This document shows positions 37,094-48,807 of a stretch of DNA of 64,000 nt, in pieces. Within the stretch, counting starts at the first letter, position 1, and each line of letters begins with the position of its first letter. The position numbers and the translations under genes were made by a program. Under the pieces are notes generated by a model. It saw nothing but the letters and a program-made list of their open reading frames with translations. It did no database searches and had not been told where the DNA came from. Location: contig JADKEF010000002.1 in the NCBI GenBank assembly GCA_016718135.1, positions 3,536-67,535 of the forward strand, written 5' to 3'. The stretch comes from Acidobacteriota bacterium. GTDB taxonomy: Bacteria; Acidobacteriota; Blastocatellia; Pyrinomonadales; Pyrinomonadaceae.

Positions 37094-39779
37094 TTGAACC
37101 AGCCGTTATCCAAACTTATGAGATCAGCCTCTCGCTTCTTCGTCACCGTGTTTCTCGTCGCGATGCTCTTGTCGAACGCATTACCGTGCGGGCCGGGCTA
37201 CGTCTCGCCGTTGTTTGATACGACTTCCGCTCCGGAAAATCCGTACACAGACTTTGCGGCGGGGGATTGGGATCGTTAAGCCAAGTTTCATCGCTCGGTG
37301 CTCTACGCGGCTTATCGGCATATCGCAGGAAACGGGATGAACACGCCGGAACAGCAGGCGATCGTCAGTATTTGGAAGGCCGAGATCGACAATAAAGATT
37401 TTCCTGACGACACCGTAGATGAAGCAGTAAAACTGTGGGTGGCTCAACGAAAAAAGGTTGAGATGAAGGAGGAAAAGCCGCCCGAGATCTATACCGAACG
37501 ATCCTACGGAGGTTACGATTTCTTTCCGAATTGTACTAAAAATGCGTTTGAGACCGCGGCTGAGACGCTGTCAGATCGGGTGAGCTCGCACGGGCCAAGT
37601 GATGCAGGTGTCATCAATTGGGTCACGGCTCAGGACCAGGTCTTTGAGAACTGTGCGAGCGGCAAACGAACGCCGGACGAAGCGAATCCCGGTTCGCCGC
37701 AATGGCTGCAGAAAGATCGTGCTTATCAACGGGCTGCAGCCGAGTTCTATTCACTCGATTTTGAATCCGCCAAAAAGCACTTTGCCGAGATCGCTCAGGA
37801 TACCGAATCGCCATGGGCCGAGACAGCCGATTATCTCGTAGCTCGTACGCTTATTCGACAGGCGAGCCTTTCGAAAGATGCAGCGAAGTCCGGTGCATTC
37901 TACGACGAAGCTGACGCACGTCTCGCAAAATTCGTCTCACGCTCGGGCAAATTTACAGCCTCCGCCGAACGGCTCGCCGGCCTCATCGCCTATCGCCGCC
38001 GTCCAAAAGAGCGCGTCAGCGAACTCGCCAAAAAGCTCGCATTTCCGGCCAATGAGAATTTCCGCCAGGATCTGATCGACTACACGTGGCTACTCGACAA
38101 GTTCGAGACCGAAGTACTCGCCAACGAGGAAAAACGCAAGGAAGCCGAGCGGACCAAGAACGATCCGGTCGTTAACGCGACAGCAAACACTGAAGTCGAG
38201 CCCGAGACCAGGGCAGCGAACAAGCCGACCAAGAAGAACGAGGACGATCTCGAACTTTCGATCTACTTTGACTCAGGCTCGATAACGGTCTTCGTCCCTG
38301 TTGATGCCGACGACAATGTCGCTATCGCCGCCGCCGAGAAGGCCGTTGGCAAGGCGTTAACCAAAGAGCAGAAAGATCAGGTTCGCAGCCTCCGGCAGAC
38401 TGCTTACTCTAGTCGTTTTACGGAGCAAAAGAGCGGCTACGAAGGCGGTTATTATGGCGATGAAACTCTGACACCATCTCTCTTGCCTGCATTTTTGAAA
38501 CAAGACGACTTAACTGATTGGCTTTACACCTATCAGATGCCCGGTTCGGCAGCGTATCTCTATTCATTTGAACGATTTAAGGCGACGGCGTCGGATCTGT
38601 GGCTAATGACCGCCCTGTCAAAGGCGGACAAAAGCTCCTCCGAACTTCCCCGCCTTCTTGAGGCTGCGGATCGTGCCAGCCGCTCGGCTCCCGGCTATAC
38701 GACGATCGCGTATCACACGGCTCGCATCCTGATCGAAACTGGCAAAAACGCCGAGGCTCGTAAGCTCATCGACGAAATGCTCGCGCAGGGCGACCGTTTG
38801 CCGATCTCCGCACAGAATTCCTTCATGACGCTGCGGCTCAAGCTTGCGGCGACCCTGGAAGATTTTCTGAAAGACTCGCTGCAGCGGCCCTATGCATTCG
38901 ATTACTCAGGCGATGTAAGCACTGTCGATGAGATCATCGCCGAGCAAAAGACATACTACGACCCCGGAATACAACAAGGAAGGCCGCGAGGCTTTTGACC
39001 GCGAGGTCGAGGAGCGATTTACCACGCAGAAGCTCTGGCAGGATCGGCTGATGTTCGATTCCGCGATCATTGAAGTATTCAATCAGTATTTCCCGACGCA
39101 GCAATTGATCGAGGTCGCCAAGTCACCCGCTTTGCCCGAGTACCATCGCGAACGCTTCATCGTTGCCATCTGGACACGAGCCTTTCTTCTCGACGATCTA
39201 GCAACAGTTCTTCGTATGACGCCCGAGCTGATCAAATACCATCCCGAGATGGCAACGCAGCTCGAGCCGCTGATGACGGCGAAAACGCTGCCCGCTCAAG
39301 ATCGTGCATTGCTCTACTTTATTTTGAAGAACCCGCTTTTTAGTCCGTACATTGAGGACGGAATGGGCAAGACGGACAATGTGCAGGAGCAGTTCGATTC
39401 GAACGACTGGTGGTGCGAGCCTTACGATGAGGAGTATAGCGACCTAGAGAATGCGTCTATTCCGCGCAAACTTCCGCAGCGGCCGGCGTTCCTGACGGCT
39501 GCCCAGAGCAAATTGGCTCAATCCGAGCGAAAGCGTTTGCGAGAGTCGGGCGACGCACCGAAATTTCTTACCGCAAAAGTCCTCGACTGGGCTAAAAAAG
39601 CACCTGCCGACCGGCGTGTTCCCGAGGCTCTTTACATCATGATAGAAGCAAATGGCTGGACGAAATACGGCTGCGGAAACAACGAAGACCTTCGCAATGA
39701 ACTCGTCGCGTTGCTCAAGAAACGCTACGCGACGAGCGAATGGGCCGCTAAACTGGCGGAGCAAGAGAAAGATCAGTAG
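37094..39779 (+). pseudogene. large secreted hypothetical protein (about 895 codons), interrupted by an in-frame TAA and one apparent 1-nt indel
   Basis: The signal-peptide ORF 37094..37279 is in the same frame as ORF 37298..38998, separated by the TAA at 37277-37279. ORFs 37298..38998 and 38928..39779 join as ..EQKTYYDP|EYNKEGREAF.. at a C4 run, about 38961-38965. Confidence 0.6.
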
Positions 39780-39781
39780 GC

Positions 39782-41096
39782 TCAGGCTGACTTTGCGATT
39801 TTGCCCTTCCTACGCGACGCCTGAATAAAATCTTCAGCCTCGCGCATCTCTTCGGCGTCGCCGGTGATGAGGCGGGCACTGCGTTCTCGTGTGAGATAGG
39901 CCCAGAACCACGACAACATCACTGCCACGCGGTTGCGAAATCCGATGAGAAAGAACACGTGGAGGAACAGCCACATTAACCACGCGACAAAGCCCTTGAA
40001 CTTCATGCCGGCCGCCTCTGCGATCGCCTTCTTACGGCCGATCGTCGCCATTGTTCCTTTATCCCAGTAGGTGAAGTTCTTCCGCGGTTTGCCGTTAAGA
40101 TCGGCAAGAATATTCTTCGCCGTCGCCGTGCCCATTTGCATCGCCGCCGGGCTCACGCCCGGAACGGGCTCGCCGTTCCCTTGCAGGAGCGATGCCATGT
40201 CGCCGATGACGAATAGATTTGGAAAGCCCTTTAGCGACAGGTCTTTTTCGACAAAAACACGTCCTGCCTTATCGATCTCAACGCCCAAGGCTTTGCCCAT
40301 CGGCGAGGCAGCAACGCCTGTTGCCCATAGCACGACATCACATTCCATCCATTCGTCGCCGACCTTCACGCGGCCGGGCTTGATCTCAGTCACAAAGCTG
40401 TTGAGGCGAACCTCGACGCCGATCTGTTCAAGCTGGCGTTTGGCACTGATAGACAATTCTTCGGCGAAAGTATTGAGCACACGATCCGAGCCTTCGAATA
40501 ATGTGACATGCGTGTCTCGCGTGTCGATCGCTTTGAAATCTTTGGCAAGCGCCTGACGGGCGATGTCCGCGATAGCACCAGCAAGCTCAACGCCGGTCGG
40601 GCCGCCGCCTACTACGACGAAGTTCAGCAGCCGCTGTTCGCCGGTGAGATAGGCGTCGCTCGGCGAGTTCGAACGCGAGCAGTACGCGACGGCGTATCTC
40701 GACCGCATCCTCAAGGGTCTTAAGTCCCGGAGCCGAAGTCTCCCAATCGTCATGGCCAAAATAGGAATGCCGTGCACCACCTGCCACGATCAGATAGTCA
40801 TATTTGACGCGGGCTCCGTCCATAAGGACGACCTCATTCGACTCCTTCTCGAATGCTACCGCCTCACCGAGTATCACCTCAATATTCTTGTATTTACCAA
40901 GTATCCGCCGTATCGGCTGAGCGATCTCGCCTGGAGAAAGCACCGCCGTCGCCACCTGATAAAGCAGCGGCTGAAAGACGTGATGGTTCTTCCGGTCGAT
41001 CAAAGTCACCTCGACCGGCTCGTTCCCCAGAGCCTCCGCCGCCCAGAGTCCGCCAAAGCCGCCGCCGATTATTACTACTTTTGGTTTGTTGGTCAT
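39782..41096 (-). pseudogene. ndh: type II NADH:quinone oxidoreductase (NDH-2), frame broken by one apparent 1-nt indel
   Basis: PKVVIIGGGFGGL...LLAFELAE | DAYLTGEQRLLNFVVVGGGPTGVELAG.... The shift is at about 40655-40662. ATG at 41096. Confidence 0.8.
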
Positions 41097-41147
41097 AATA
41101 TCGCCTCCATAAGTAAGGCGAAAATCCGTAAGCATGCGGCTCACGTT

Positions 41148-42167
41148 CTAATTTCCAATAAATTTCGCGTACAACGACCTGGCTACAGTAACATCGTCAG
41201 TTCCCTTTATGATCGCCCGTCCATCAGCGAAGACGGTGACCTCATTCTCACCCGAAAAAAACCTGACCAAATATTCGTTCTGCTTAACCTCGGAAACCGA
41301 CCGCAGTCTTGTCGCTAATTGTTCGAGATCGAGCTCAGTCGGTCGTGGCGGTGCGATCTGAACTGCGTTGCGGCCGCATAGGACGGCGGAGAATTCGCCC
41401 ATTTCAGCATCTAGGAACTCAAATTGTCTAAGGCCGCAGCATTTACAGTCAGTATTCGGCGGGCCGAGCTTTATTCGCTGCCGGTCGTTTGCCCACACAT
41501 CGAACTGCATCAGCGACCCGTGCAGCGAATCGATGTCACCGACCAGCAGTTTCAAAGCCTCGGCCACCTGCGTCGCCGAGACGGTCGCAATTATCGGCAT
41601 TATCACGCCCGACGTATCACATGTCGGCGACGAACCGGCATCCGGCATTTCGTCAAAAATGCACCGCAAACACGGCGTCACGCCCGGGCGTATCGTCATC
41701 GTCGTTCCATAGCTTGACACCGCCGCTCCGTAGATCCATGTCACGCCATTTTTTACGCACGCGTCATTGACCAGATATCGGACCTGAAAATTATCGGTGC
41801 CGTCGATGACGAGATCGCAGTCGCGAATAAGCGATTCGATATTCGAATTATTGACGTCCGCAACGATCGCCTCAACGTCGATCTCGGAATTGATCTCAGC
41901 TATGCGCGACTTTGCGGCCACGGCCTTCGGCAGCCGCTCCGTAGCGTCCGATTCTTTGAATAATGTTTGTCGCTGAAGGTTGGTAAATTCGACAAAATCA
42001 CGGTCAACGATTCGCAATTTCCCGACTCCGGCACGTGCAAGCATTTCAGCGTGCGACGCACCAAGAGCACCGCAGCCGACAAGTAGGACGCGGGAAGTAA
42101 GTAGCCTTTCCTGGCCCTCGCGGCCGATCTCGCGGAACAAAATTTGGCGGGAGTAACGCTCGTTCAT
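41148..42167 (-). CDS. thiF: ThiF/MoeB-family adenylyltransferase, long Bacillus-ThiF-like form
   Basis: MNERYSRQ.LF..IG.EGQ..L, VGCGALG, DRD.VE.TNLQRQ.L, Cys pairs, and a C-terminal ..DGRAIIKGTDD...A.SLYAKFIG. Confidence 0.8.
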   Translation of the reverse strand: MNERYSRQILFREIGREGQERLLTSRVLLVGCGALGASHAEMLARAGVGKLRIVDRDFVEFTNLQRQTLFKESDATERLPKAVAAKSRIAEINSEIDVEAIVADVNNSNIESLIRDCDLVIDGTDNFQVRYLVNDACVKNGVTWIYGAAVSSYGTTMTIRPGVTPCLRCIFDEMPDAGSSPTCDTSGVIMPIIATVSATQVAEALKLLVGDIDSLHGSLMQFDVWANDRQRIKLGPPNTDCKCCGLRQFEFLDAEMGEFSAVLCGRNAVQIAPPRPTELDLEQLATRLRSVSEVKQNEYLVRFFSGENEVTVFADGRAIIKGTDDVTVARSLYAKFIGN

Positions 42168-42887
42168 CTAGTCAAACAGCTTCTGCACAAAGCCGCGTAT
42201 TCCCGACGCTTCGTTTTCGCCAAATAAGTTAGAATTTCCAGTTCTCCCGTCCCGCATTGTTTGCATCAAATGTAGGTCATTGAGCCTTGAGCGTTCCTGC
42301 TCGAGCTCGTTGCGTTCGCGTTGGCGGGCGAGTTCCATGCCGCCTTTTTTGATAAATTCGATGATCGCGGGCAGTTCATCGGCATCGAACCACACGCCGT
42401 GCTGTTTGCATAGATCGACGATCACCCCCGAGGCTTTGGCAAAATTACTGCGGTTCATCAGTTCGCCACAATCGGGGCATGGAACGTAGTTTACCTTGGT
42501 CAACGGAGTGCCGCGTTGTGTTCGAGAATCGATAAAGCCCAGAACCGCCGACTGCCGCTCACTGTCAGCACAAACGGTTTCGAATGTTTTGACGCCGATC
42601 CACATGCCGTCGCATTTTGTACATGCTCGAAGACGCGTCTCCTCGACACTGATCTCTTCAAGGCCGCTGCGGCAACGAGGGCAATCACCCGCCGCTGCGT
42701 CGAGGCTGATCTCAACGGGTGCGGCGATCGCACCGCAATGCCCGCAGAATTTGCTCCCGACAAACATCAATCCAAGACATTTCGGGCAGCCGACGGTCTT
42801 GAGTCGACACTTACAAAACTCACACTGCGTGCGGTCGCTCTCGACTGCCGCACCACAATTTGGACAATTCAATGCTTCGACACTCAT
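42168..42887 (-). CDS. multi zinc-ribbon protein (TFIIB-type zf, three CxxC...CxxC units)
   Basis: CPNCG..C.FC, CPKC..CGHCG, CPRC...CTKCDGMW, CPDCG...C..HGVWFD..EL. The stop abuts the thiF start (TAGATG). Confidence 0.7.
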   Translation of the reverse strand: MSVEALNCPNCGAAVESDRTQCEFCKCRLKTVGCPKCLGLMFVGSKFCGHCGAIAAPVEISLDAAAGDCPRCRSGLEEISVEETRLRACTKCDGMWIGVKTFETVCADSERQSAVLGFIDSRTQRGTPLTKVNYVPCPDCGELMNRSNFAKASGVIVDLCKQHGVWFDADELPAIIEFIKKGGMELARQRERNELEQERSRLNDLHLMQTMRDGRTGNSNLFGENEASGIRGFVQKLFD

Positions 42888-42891
42888 TGGA

Positions 42892-44397
42892 TCACCTGTT
42901 CATCTTCGCGAGTAGCGCAGACCGCATCAGTTCGACCGGTGCTTCGCGACCCGTCCATATCTCAAACTGCATAGCTCCCTGAGCGATTAACATCTCGATG
43001 CCACCAACCGCCGGTACTCCCGCTTTCTTCGCCTCAGCGACGAGCGGCGTATCGGTGGACTTGGTTACAAGGTCATAGACAAATTTTACACCCATAAGTT
43101 CGTCAGCGGAAAACAGAGCTTCCCTCTCCAAAACACCTTTCATCCCGAGCGGCGTGGCATTGACGACTATCTCGGTGCCGGTCGGCGGTCGGCGGTTCGC
43201 GATCGGCATCTGTTCTAGATTAACCTCCAGATCTTTCGCAAAATCTGCCGCCTTTGCGGGGTCACGAACAAACACGCTGACATCCGCACCTTCCTCTTTA
43301 AGTGCATATACGACGGCTCTCGCCGCACCGCCTGCTCCGAATACAGCTACACGTGTGCCGCGAAGATCTCCAAAACTTGTGTTCAATGGAGTAATAAATC
43401 CGTGTGCGTCCGTATTAAAACCGGTGAGTTTCCCATCTTCGATCCTGACCGTATTGACCGCTCCGATCCTTTCCGCGACGGGATCGATCGCGTCGAGGTG
43501 CTTTAAAATCCCTTGTTTGTGGGGCATTGTGACCGAGAATCCGCCGAACTTTAGCTCGACTTCGCGGGACTCGCTCTTCACCATCCGCCTCACAAATTCG
43601 TCTAGGTCCTTGACATGCAAAGGCACAAAGACCGCATTCACGCTCGCTGCGGCAAAGGCTGGATTGTGCATGTATGGTGATACAGAAGCTGAAACAGGAT
43701 CGCCTACAACACCATAGACCTTGGTATTTTTGTCCAGTTTCTTTACGCGATAAACATCACGCATGTCCTTGCCCGTGATCTGCCCATCCGCTGTCTCTTT
43801 GCCCGAGTCGAGTGATGCATAGGTCAGAAATGCCCCATGAGCAAGCCCGAGGATCCGCGTCCACTTCCCCGCATCGCCCATCGCGATCGGGATGATCTGC
43901 TTGCCGGCGTCTTTTGCTTTCTCGATCAGTTTCCAAAGAGCTATTGAGTCGACGATATCGTGGGCTTTCACTGCCAGCTTTAGAACACCTGCCTTTGACG
44001 CGGATAGCCGTTGAAAGATCGCATCAAGATCATCCGGAACTCGTTCGAAGTCATGATGTGAAATTACCGTTTCAGCCGTATTCGGAGATGAATCAAGCAC
44101 CTCTTCCTCAACGTCCGCCGCCCAGAAGCTGTTACCGATCATGCTCCAAAACTCTCGCCTCTCGGTCAAAGTCGCAGAACCTTGTCCACCCTGCTCCGGC
44201 GAACGAAATGTGACGAGCAGCGGCTTCTTAAATTTCAGATCTGCAATTTGAAATTGAAACTTTGTAAGTTCCTCACCCCGAAGGCAATCAAAGCGCACCT
44301 CCACGACATCCGCGAATTCCTCCGCTCGTTTTATATTCTCGATCGTCTTATCCGCCGTCTCAGCACAGACAGAGACGCAGATCTTGCCGTTATTCAT
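42892..44397 (-). CDS. aroDE: bifunctional 3-dehydroquinate dehydratase (type I) / shikimate 5-dehydrogenase
   Basis: N-terminal AroD (KICVSV.....VE.R.D, ISHHDF). C-terminal AroE (SVSPYMHN, GFNTD..GF, GAGGAARAV). Confidence 0.85.
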   Translation of the reverse strand: MNNGKICVSVCAETADKTIENIKRAEEFADVVEVRFDCLRGEELTKFQFQIADLKFKKPLLVTFRSPEQGGQGSATLTERREFWSMIGNSFWAADVEEEVLDSSPNTAETVISHHDFERVPDDLDAIFQRLSASKAGVLKLAVKAHDIVDSIALWKLIEKAKDAGKQIIPIAMGDAGKWTRILGLAHGAFLTYASLDSGKETADGQITGKDMRDVYRVKKLDKNTKVYGVVGDPVSASVSPYMHNPAFAAASVNAVFVPLHVKDLDEFVRRMVKSESREVELKFGGFSVTMPHKQGILKHLDAIDPVAERIGAVNTVRIEDGKLTGFNTDAHGFITPLNTSFGDLRGTRVAVFGAGGAARAVVYALKEEGADVSVFVRDPAKAADFAKDLEVNLEQMPIANRRPPTGTEIVVNATPLGMKGVLEREALFSADELMGVKFVYDLVTKSTDTPLVAEAKKAGVPAVGGIEMLIAQGAMQFEIWTGREAPVELMRSALLAKMNR

Positions 44398-45149
44398 GTC
44401 GTTGTACTCTTCTGATCCATCACAAAACTCACGGCCATGACTAGACCGACGATCACGCAAAATGCGGTAGCAACCGTGATCGCCGTATTACCGCTTTGCT
44501 GGACACCAATACCGGTTGCCGCCCAGGCGATGGCGAGCGGATACAGATAGTTACTTAGTCTGAATCGGACGATGACTGCAAAGGCGGCAGCGAGCACCAA
44601 GGCAGATATCCCACTGATCTTCCACGCAGTTGCCGTCATTTCCACGCCTGCGTAGATCAGAAAGATCATAATATTCACGAGCGCAGCCGCCGTGACCCAG
44701 CCAAAATATAAGCCAAAGACGCCTTTGCCAAATATCGCATCGCTCATCATCGCGGCACGCTTAAACCGCAGATTCATTAGAAGGAGTACAAGCGCGAGAG
44801 CGATGATGATCACGACACAAACGCCGATCTGATACTGATGCCAAAACCACAGCCATGCACAATTTAAGACGCACGTCGCGATGTATAAGGTTCGAACCGG
44901 GCGGAACAGTTCATTTTTAGATGGCAGCAACTGGTAGATGCTAAATCCAAGCAAACCCAGATAGATCGCGGCCCAGATCGAGAATGTGAACCCGGCGGGT
45001 GTTATGACGGTCGGATACCGATTTGAAACTTCGTCCGTCATCACGCCGTTAAGCTTTCCGGTCGAGGCGAGGCCGTTAAACGCGATCGTGGCAAGGGTCG
45101 CAACCAAAACGAGAGCGGCCCGCATTTTGTCGCTTGAAGTAGCTGTCAT
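44394..45149 (-). CDS. Trp-rich polytopic membrane protein, TspO/MBR-related (tentative)
   Basis: 251 aa with about 7 TM helices and the motif ITPAGFTFSIWAAIYLGLL. ATGA overlap with the aroDE start. Confidence 0.5.
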   Translation of the reverse strand: MTATSSDKMRAALVLVATLATIAFNGLASTGKLNGVMTDEVSNRYPTVITPAGFTFSIWAAIYLGLLGFSIYQLLPSKNELFRPVRTLYIATCVLNCAWLWFWHQYQIGVCVVIIIALALVLLLMNLRFKRAAMMSDAIFGKGVFGLYFGWVTAAALVNIMIFLIYAGVEMTATAWKISGISALVLAAAFAVIVRFRLSNYLYPLAIAWAATGIGVQQSGNTAITVATAFCVIVGLVMAVSFVMDQKSTTT

Positions 45150-45399
45150 AGCGTAATTATGGCATTTTGACCCGCAATCTTGCGCTGGTAGACTAGTCAA
45201 ATTCACGATTTCGTATGAAAATAACGGAAAACGTAAAGTTTTGTAAACCGCGACGATCAGTGTTTTTTTCTTTTCCAACTAAAAACCCAGTGAATGCGTC
45301 ATAAGTGCGTCGGTGGCACTGAGATTGCTACTAGATATGCGGAACGCACTTTCCCCTCTTTCCCCGAGGCGTGAATTTAGGAGAGAGGAAGATAAAGCG

Positions 45400-45606
45400 A
45401 TGAATACCATAAAGCAAACAATTTTGATCTGTGCCCTTGCCCTCGGCCTTTCGGCTGTTGCCTTTGGACAAAAGGATGACAAGAAAACTCCGCCAAAGCC
45501 GCCACCGCCGGTCATAAAGCCCGGTGACAAGCCGAAGGAAGACAAGCCTAAAAAGCCAGGCTCCGAAGTCGCAGTTTGGAAACAGGACGAAACGGCAACT
45601 GTCTAA
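45400..45606 (+). CDS. small secreted Lys/Pro-rich protein
   Basis: 68 aa. GGAGAGAGGAAG precedes the ATG. Signal peptide, then KKTPPKPPPPVIKPGDKPKEDKPKKP. Confidence 0.5.
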   Translation: MNTIKQTILICALALGLSAVAFGQKDDKKTPPKPPPPVIKPGDKPKEDKPKKPGSEVAVWKQDETATV

Positions 45607-45627
45607 CTACTTTTTTTCAACATTTGG

Positions 45628-45657
45628 AACAGCTCATTTCGGTGGGCTGTTTTATTT
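45628..45657 (+). terminator. rho-independent terminator
   Basis: ACAGCTCA..TGGGCTGT stem followed by TTTATTT. Confidence 0.55.
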
Positions 45658-45724
45658 GGTGTACGCACTGACGAAGCGGTGCGTTTTCTGATAATCTTCC
45701 GTCTATAATTTCAGGAGATAATCT

Positions 45725-48700
45725 ATGCCAAATCGGGTCGCAATCGTCGGTCGGGACTTAGTTCTCGCAGTATTTTTCGCGCTGTTGCTCCTTCCAACAT
45801 TCGCCGCTGCACAGCCGGTTGATGCATCGCTATATCAGAGCATGAAATGGCGAATGATCGGCCCGTTTCGTGCGGGGCGAACCGTCGGCGCCGTCGGTAT
45901 CGCGTCACAGCCGAATGTCTTCTACATCGGCGTCAATAACGGCGGTGTTTGGAAAACGACGACGCCGGACGGACGTGGAAACCGATATTCGACGATCAGC
46001 CAACCGGCTCGATCGGAGACATCGCCATTGCCCCTTCAAACCCTAACGTCATCTACGTCGGTTGCGGCGAAGGCCTGCAGCGGCCGGATCTGGCGACGGG
46101 TGATGGAATGTACCGTTCGAGCGATGGCGGCAAGACATGGACGCATCTCGGGCTTCGCGACGGCCAGCAGATCGCCTCGATCGCGGTCGATCCGAAGGAT
46201 GAAAACCGGTTGCTTGTCGCTGTGCTTGGCCATCCTTACGGCCCAAACACTGAACGCGGCATCTATCGCTCGACCAACGGCGGCCAGACTTTCGACCGTG
46301 TGCTCTACAAAGACGAAAATACCGGAGCGATGCAGGTCGAGTTCGACCCGACGAATTCGAATATCATATACGCCGACCTCTGGGCCGGTCGCCAAGGCCC
46401 GTGGGAAAACGGGGCGTGGCAGGGCAAGGAAAGCGGCCTTTTCAAATCTACCGACGGCGGAAATACTTGGAACAAGCTGACGAAAGGTCTGCCGACAATC
46501 GAGCAGGGCCTGGGAAGAATCGGTTTTACGATATCGCGTTCGAAGCCGAGTAAGCTGTACGCAACTGTCGACGCACAGGCCGCAGTTGCCGGAATTTACA
46601 CCTCGGACGACGCCGGTGAGAGCTGGACAAAATTGAGCGGTGACCCCCGTTTGTGGGGACGCGGCAGTGATTTTGCGGAGTTGCGTGTTCACCCAAAAGA
46701 CCCGAATACGGTATTTGTGGCGAACGTCGCCTCGTTCAAATCCACCGACGGCGGTAAGACTTGGGCCGGGTTCAAAGGTGCTCCCGGTGGCGACGACTAT
46801 CATCGGATATGGATAAATCCTGAGCATCCCGACGTGATGCTCTTTGCGACGGATCAGGGAGCGACGATCACGGTAAACGGCGGCGAAAGCTGGTCGAGCT
46901 GGTACAACCAGCCGACTGCTCAGTTCTATCACGTAATCGCCGACAACTCATTTCCATATCGCGTCTGCGGCGGACAGCAGGAAAGCGGCTCGGCGTGCGT
47001 CAATTCGCGAGGCCGAACCGGGGCGATCGCCGCGTGGGATTGGGAAACCGTCGGCGTTGAGGAATACGGCTACGTCGCACCCGACCCGCTCGATCCGGAT
47101 ATTGTTTATGGTGGCAAGGTGACTAGATTTGATCGCCGAACCCGACACGTTCAGAACATCGCACCTGAGGCCGTTCGCACCGGCAAATACCGATTTCTCA
47201 GAACCGCTCCGGTGATCTTTTCTCCGGTCGACAATAAGAGTCTTTTTTACGCCGGAAATGTGATCTTCAAGACAATGACCGGCGGCCAGAGCTGGGAAGT
47301 TATCAGCCCCGACCTTTCGCGTGAGAAATGGGATGTGCCCGATAACGTCGGCATTTACAAGACAAAAGACATGGAAACGATGCCGCGTCGCGGTGTTGTT
47401 TACACGGTCGCTCCGTCCTACAAAGACATCAATACGATCTGGGCCGGGACCGATGATGGTCTGATCCACATCACAAAAGATGGCGGCAAGAATTGGTCGA
47501 ACGTCACGCCGCCCGAGTTGAACTCGTGGGCAAAGGTCTCGCTCATCGATGCCGGACGCTTCGACGCGAATACTGCGTACGCGGCGATAAACACCTTCCG
47601 TCTCGACGACCTCCGGCCGCATATTTTCCGCACACATGACGGCGGTAAGTCGTGGAAAGAGATCGTCAAAGGCATCCCGAACGGCGGGATTGTTAATGCC
47701 GTTCGCGAAGATCCTGTCCGAAAAGGCCTGATATATTGTGGCACTGAGCAAGCAGTTTATTTCTCGCTCGACGATGGCGAGAATTGGCAGCCGCTCAGGC
47801 TCAACATGCCCGCGACCTCGATCCGCGATCTGGTCGTCAAAGATGACGACATCGTCGTTGGCACCCACGGCCGTTCGTTCTGGATACTCGACGACATTAC
47901 GCCGCTCAGACAAATTGGTGCTCAAACAAAGGCTGCCGACGCGTTTCTTTTTGACCCACAGCGGGCGACGCGTATCAAAAGGAGCCTCCACACCGACACC
48001 CCAATTCCGCCCGAGGAACCTGCAGGGCAGAATCCGCCGGACGGCGCGATCATTAATTATTATCTGAAAGCCCCGGCCAGATCGCCGATCGTGCTCGAGA
48101 TCACGGATGCCGCCGGCAAACTCGTCCGCCGGTTCGCGAGCGATGACAAACCGCTCGCCGCCGACCCGAATCGCATCAATCCCCCGCCGTATTGGATCCG
48201 CCCGTTTCAGCCGCTAAAGAACGAGGCCGGAATGCAGCGTTTCACGTGGGATCTGCTATATCCCGAGCCACCGGCCGACAATTACGACTTGCCGATCTCG
48301 GCTATCTACAAAGACACGCCGTGGACGCCGCAAGGTTTGGCCGTGTTGCCGGGAACGTACACGTTGAAGTTAACGGTTGACTCCAAGATCTTTATACAAA
48401 AACTAAACGTTCGGATCGATCCGCGGATCACGACCTCGGCGTCTGGATTAAAGCAGCAATTCGATCTATCGTTACAGGCTTACGAAGGCATAAGAGTTAC
48501 CCGCGAAATGACGGCCGCGGTAAGAAAACGGATCGCCGAGCTCGAAAGATCGCAACCGACAAACGCCTCGATCGCCAAGCTCAAACAGATCCTCGACGGC
48601 TCCGCTCGACCCGGGACACCTGTTGCCGTCGCGGACATGCCGCTCAGCCGCCTGGCGGGAGCGTTTACTCAGTTACTTGATCTGCTGCAGGATGCCGATG

Positions 48701-48795
48701 TCGCCCCGAGCACACAGGCCGTCGCCGCCGCTCGTGACCTGCAGACCGCACTCGCAAAAGCTCAGGCTGGCTGGAAGGAATTAAGTTCACAATAA
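45725..48795 (+). pseudogene. BNR/sortilin (VPS10)-type repeat glycosidase-like secreted protein, frame broken by one apparent 1-nt indel
   Basis: Signal peptide, then ..GVNNGGVWKT|(D)DAGRTWKPIFDDQ... Repeated S.D.G.TW motifs. The shift is at the ggaaaacgacg A4 run, about 45952-45960. Confidence 0.8.
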
Positions 48796-48807
48796 ACTTT
48801 GGAGAAT

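Noticed and set aside
41148-42887. ThiF + zinc-ribbon pair as a ubiquitin-like / CBASS-type defence module
   Set aside because: From memory, the E1-like protein appears colinear from MNERYSRQ to ..SLYAKFIG with the long Bacillus-type ThiF. There is no E2, JAB, cyclase or effector gene nearby. I kept only a low-interest note on the operon.
46036-47991. 298-aa and 347-aa minus-strand ORFs
   Set aside because: They are antisense to the BNR/sortilin-like gene, which has clear repeated S.D.G.TW motifs. These are shadow ORFs typical of GC3-rich coding DNA.
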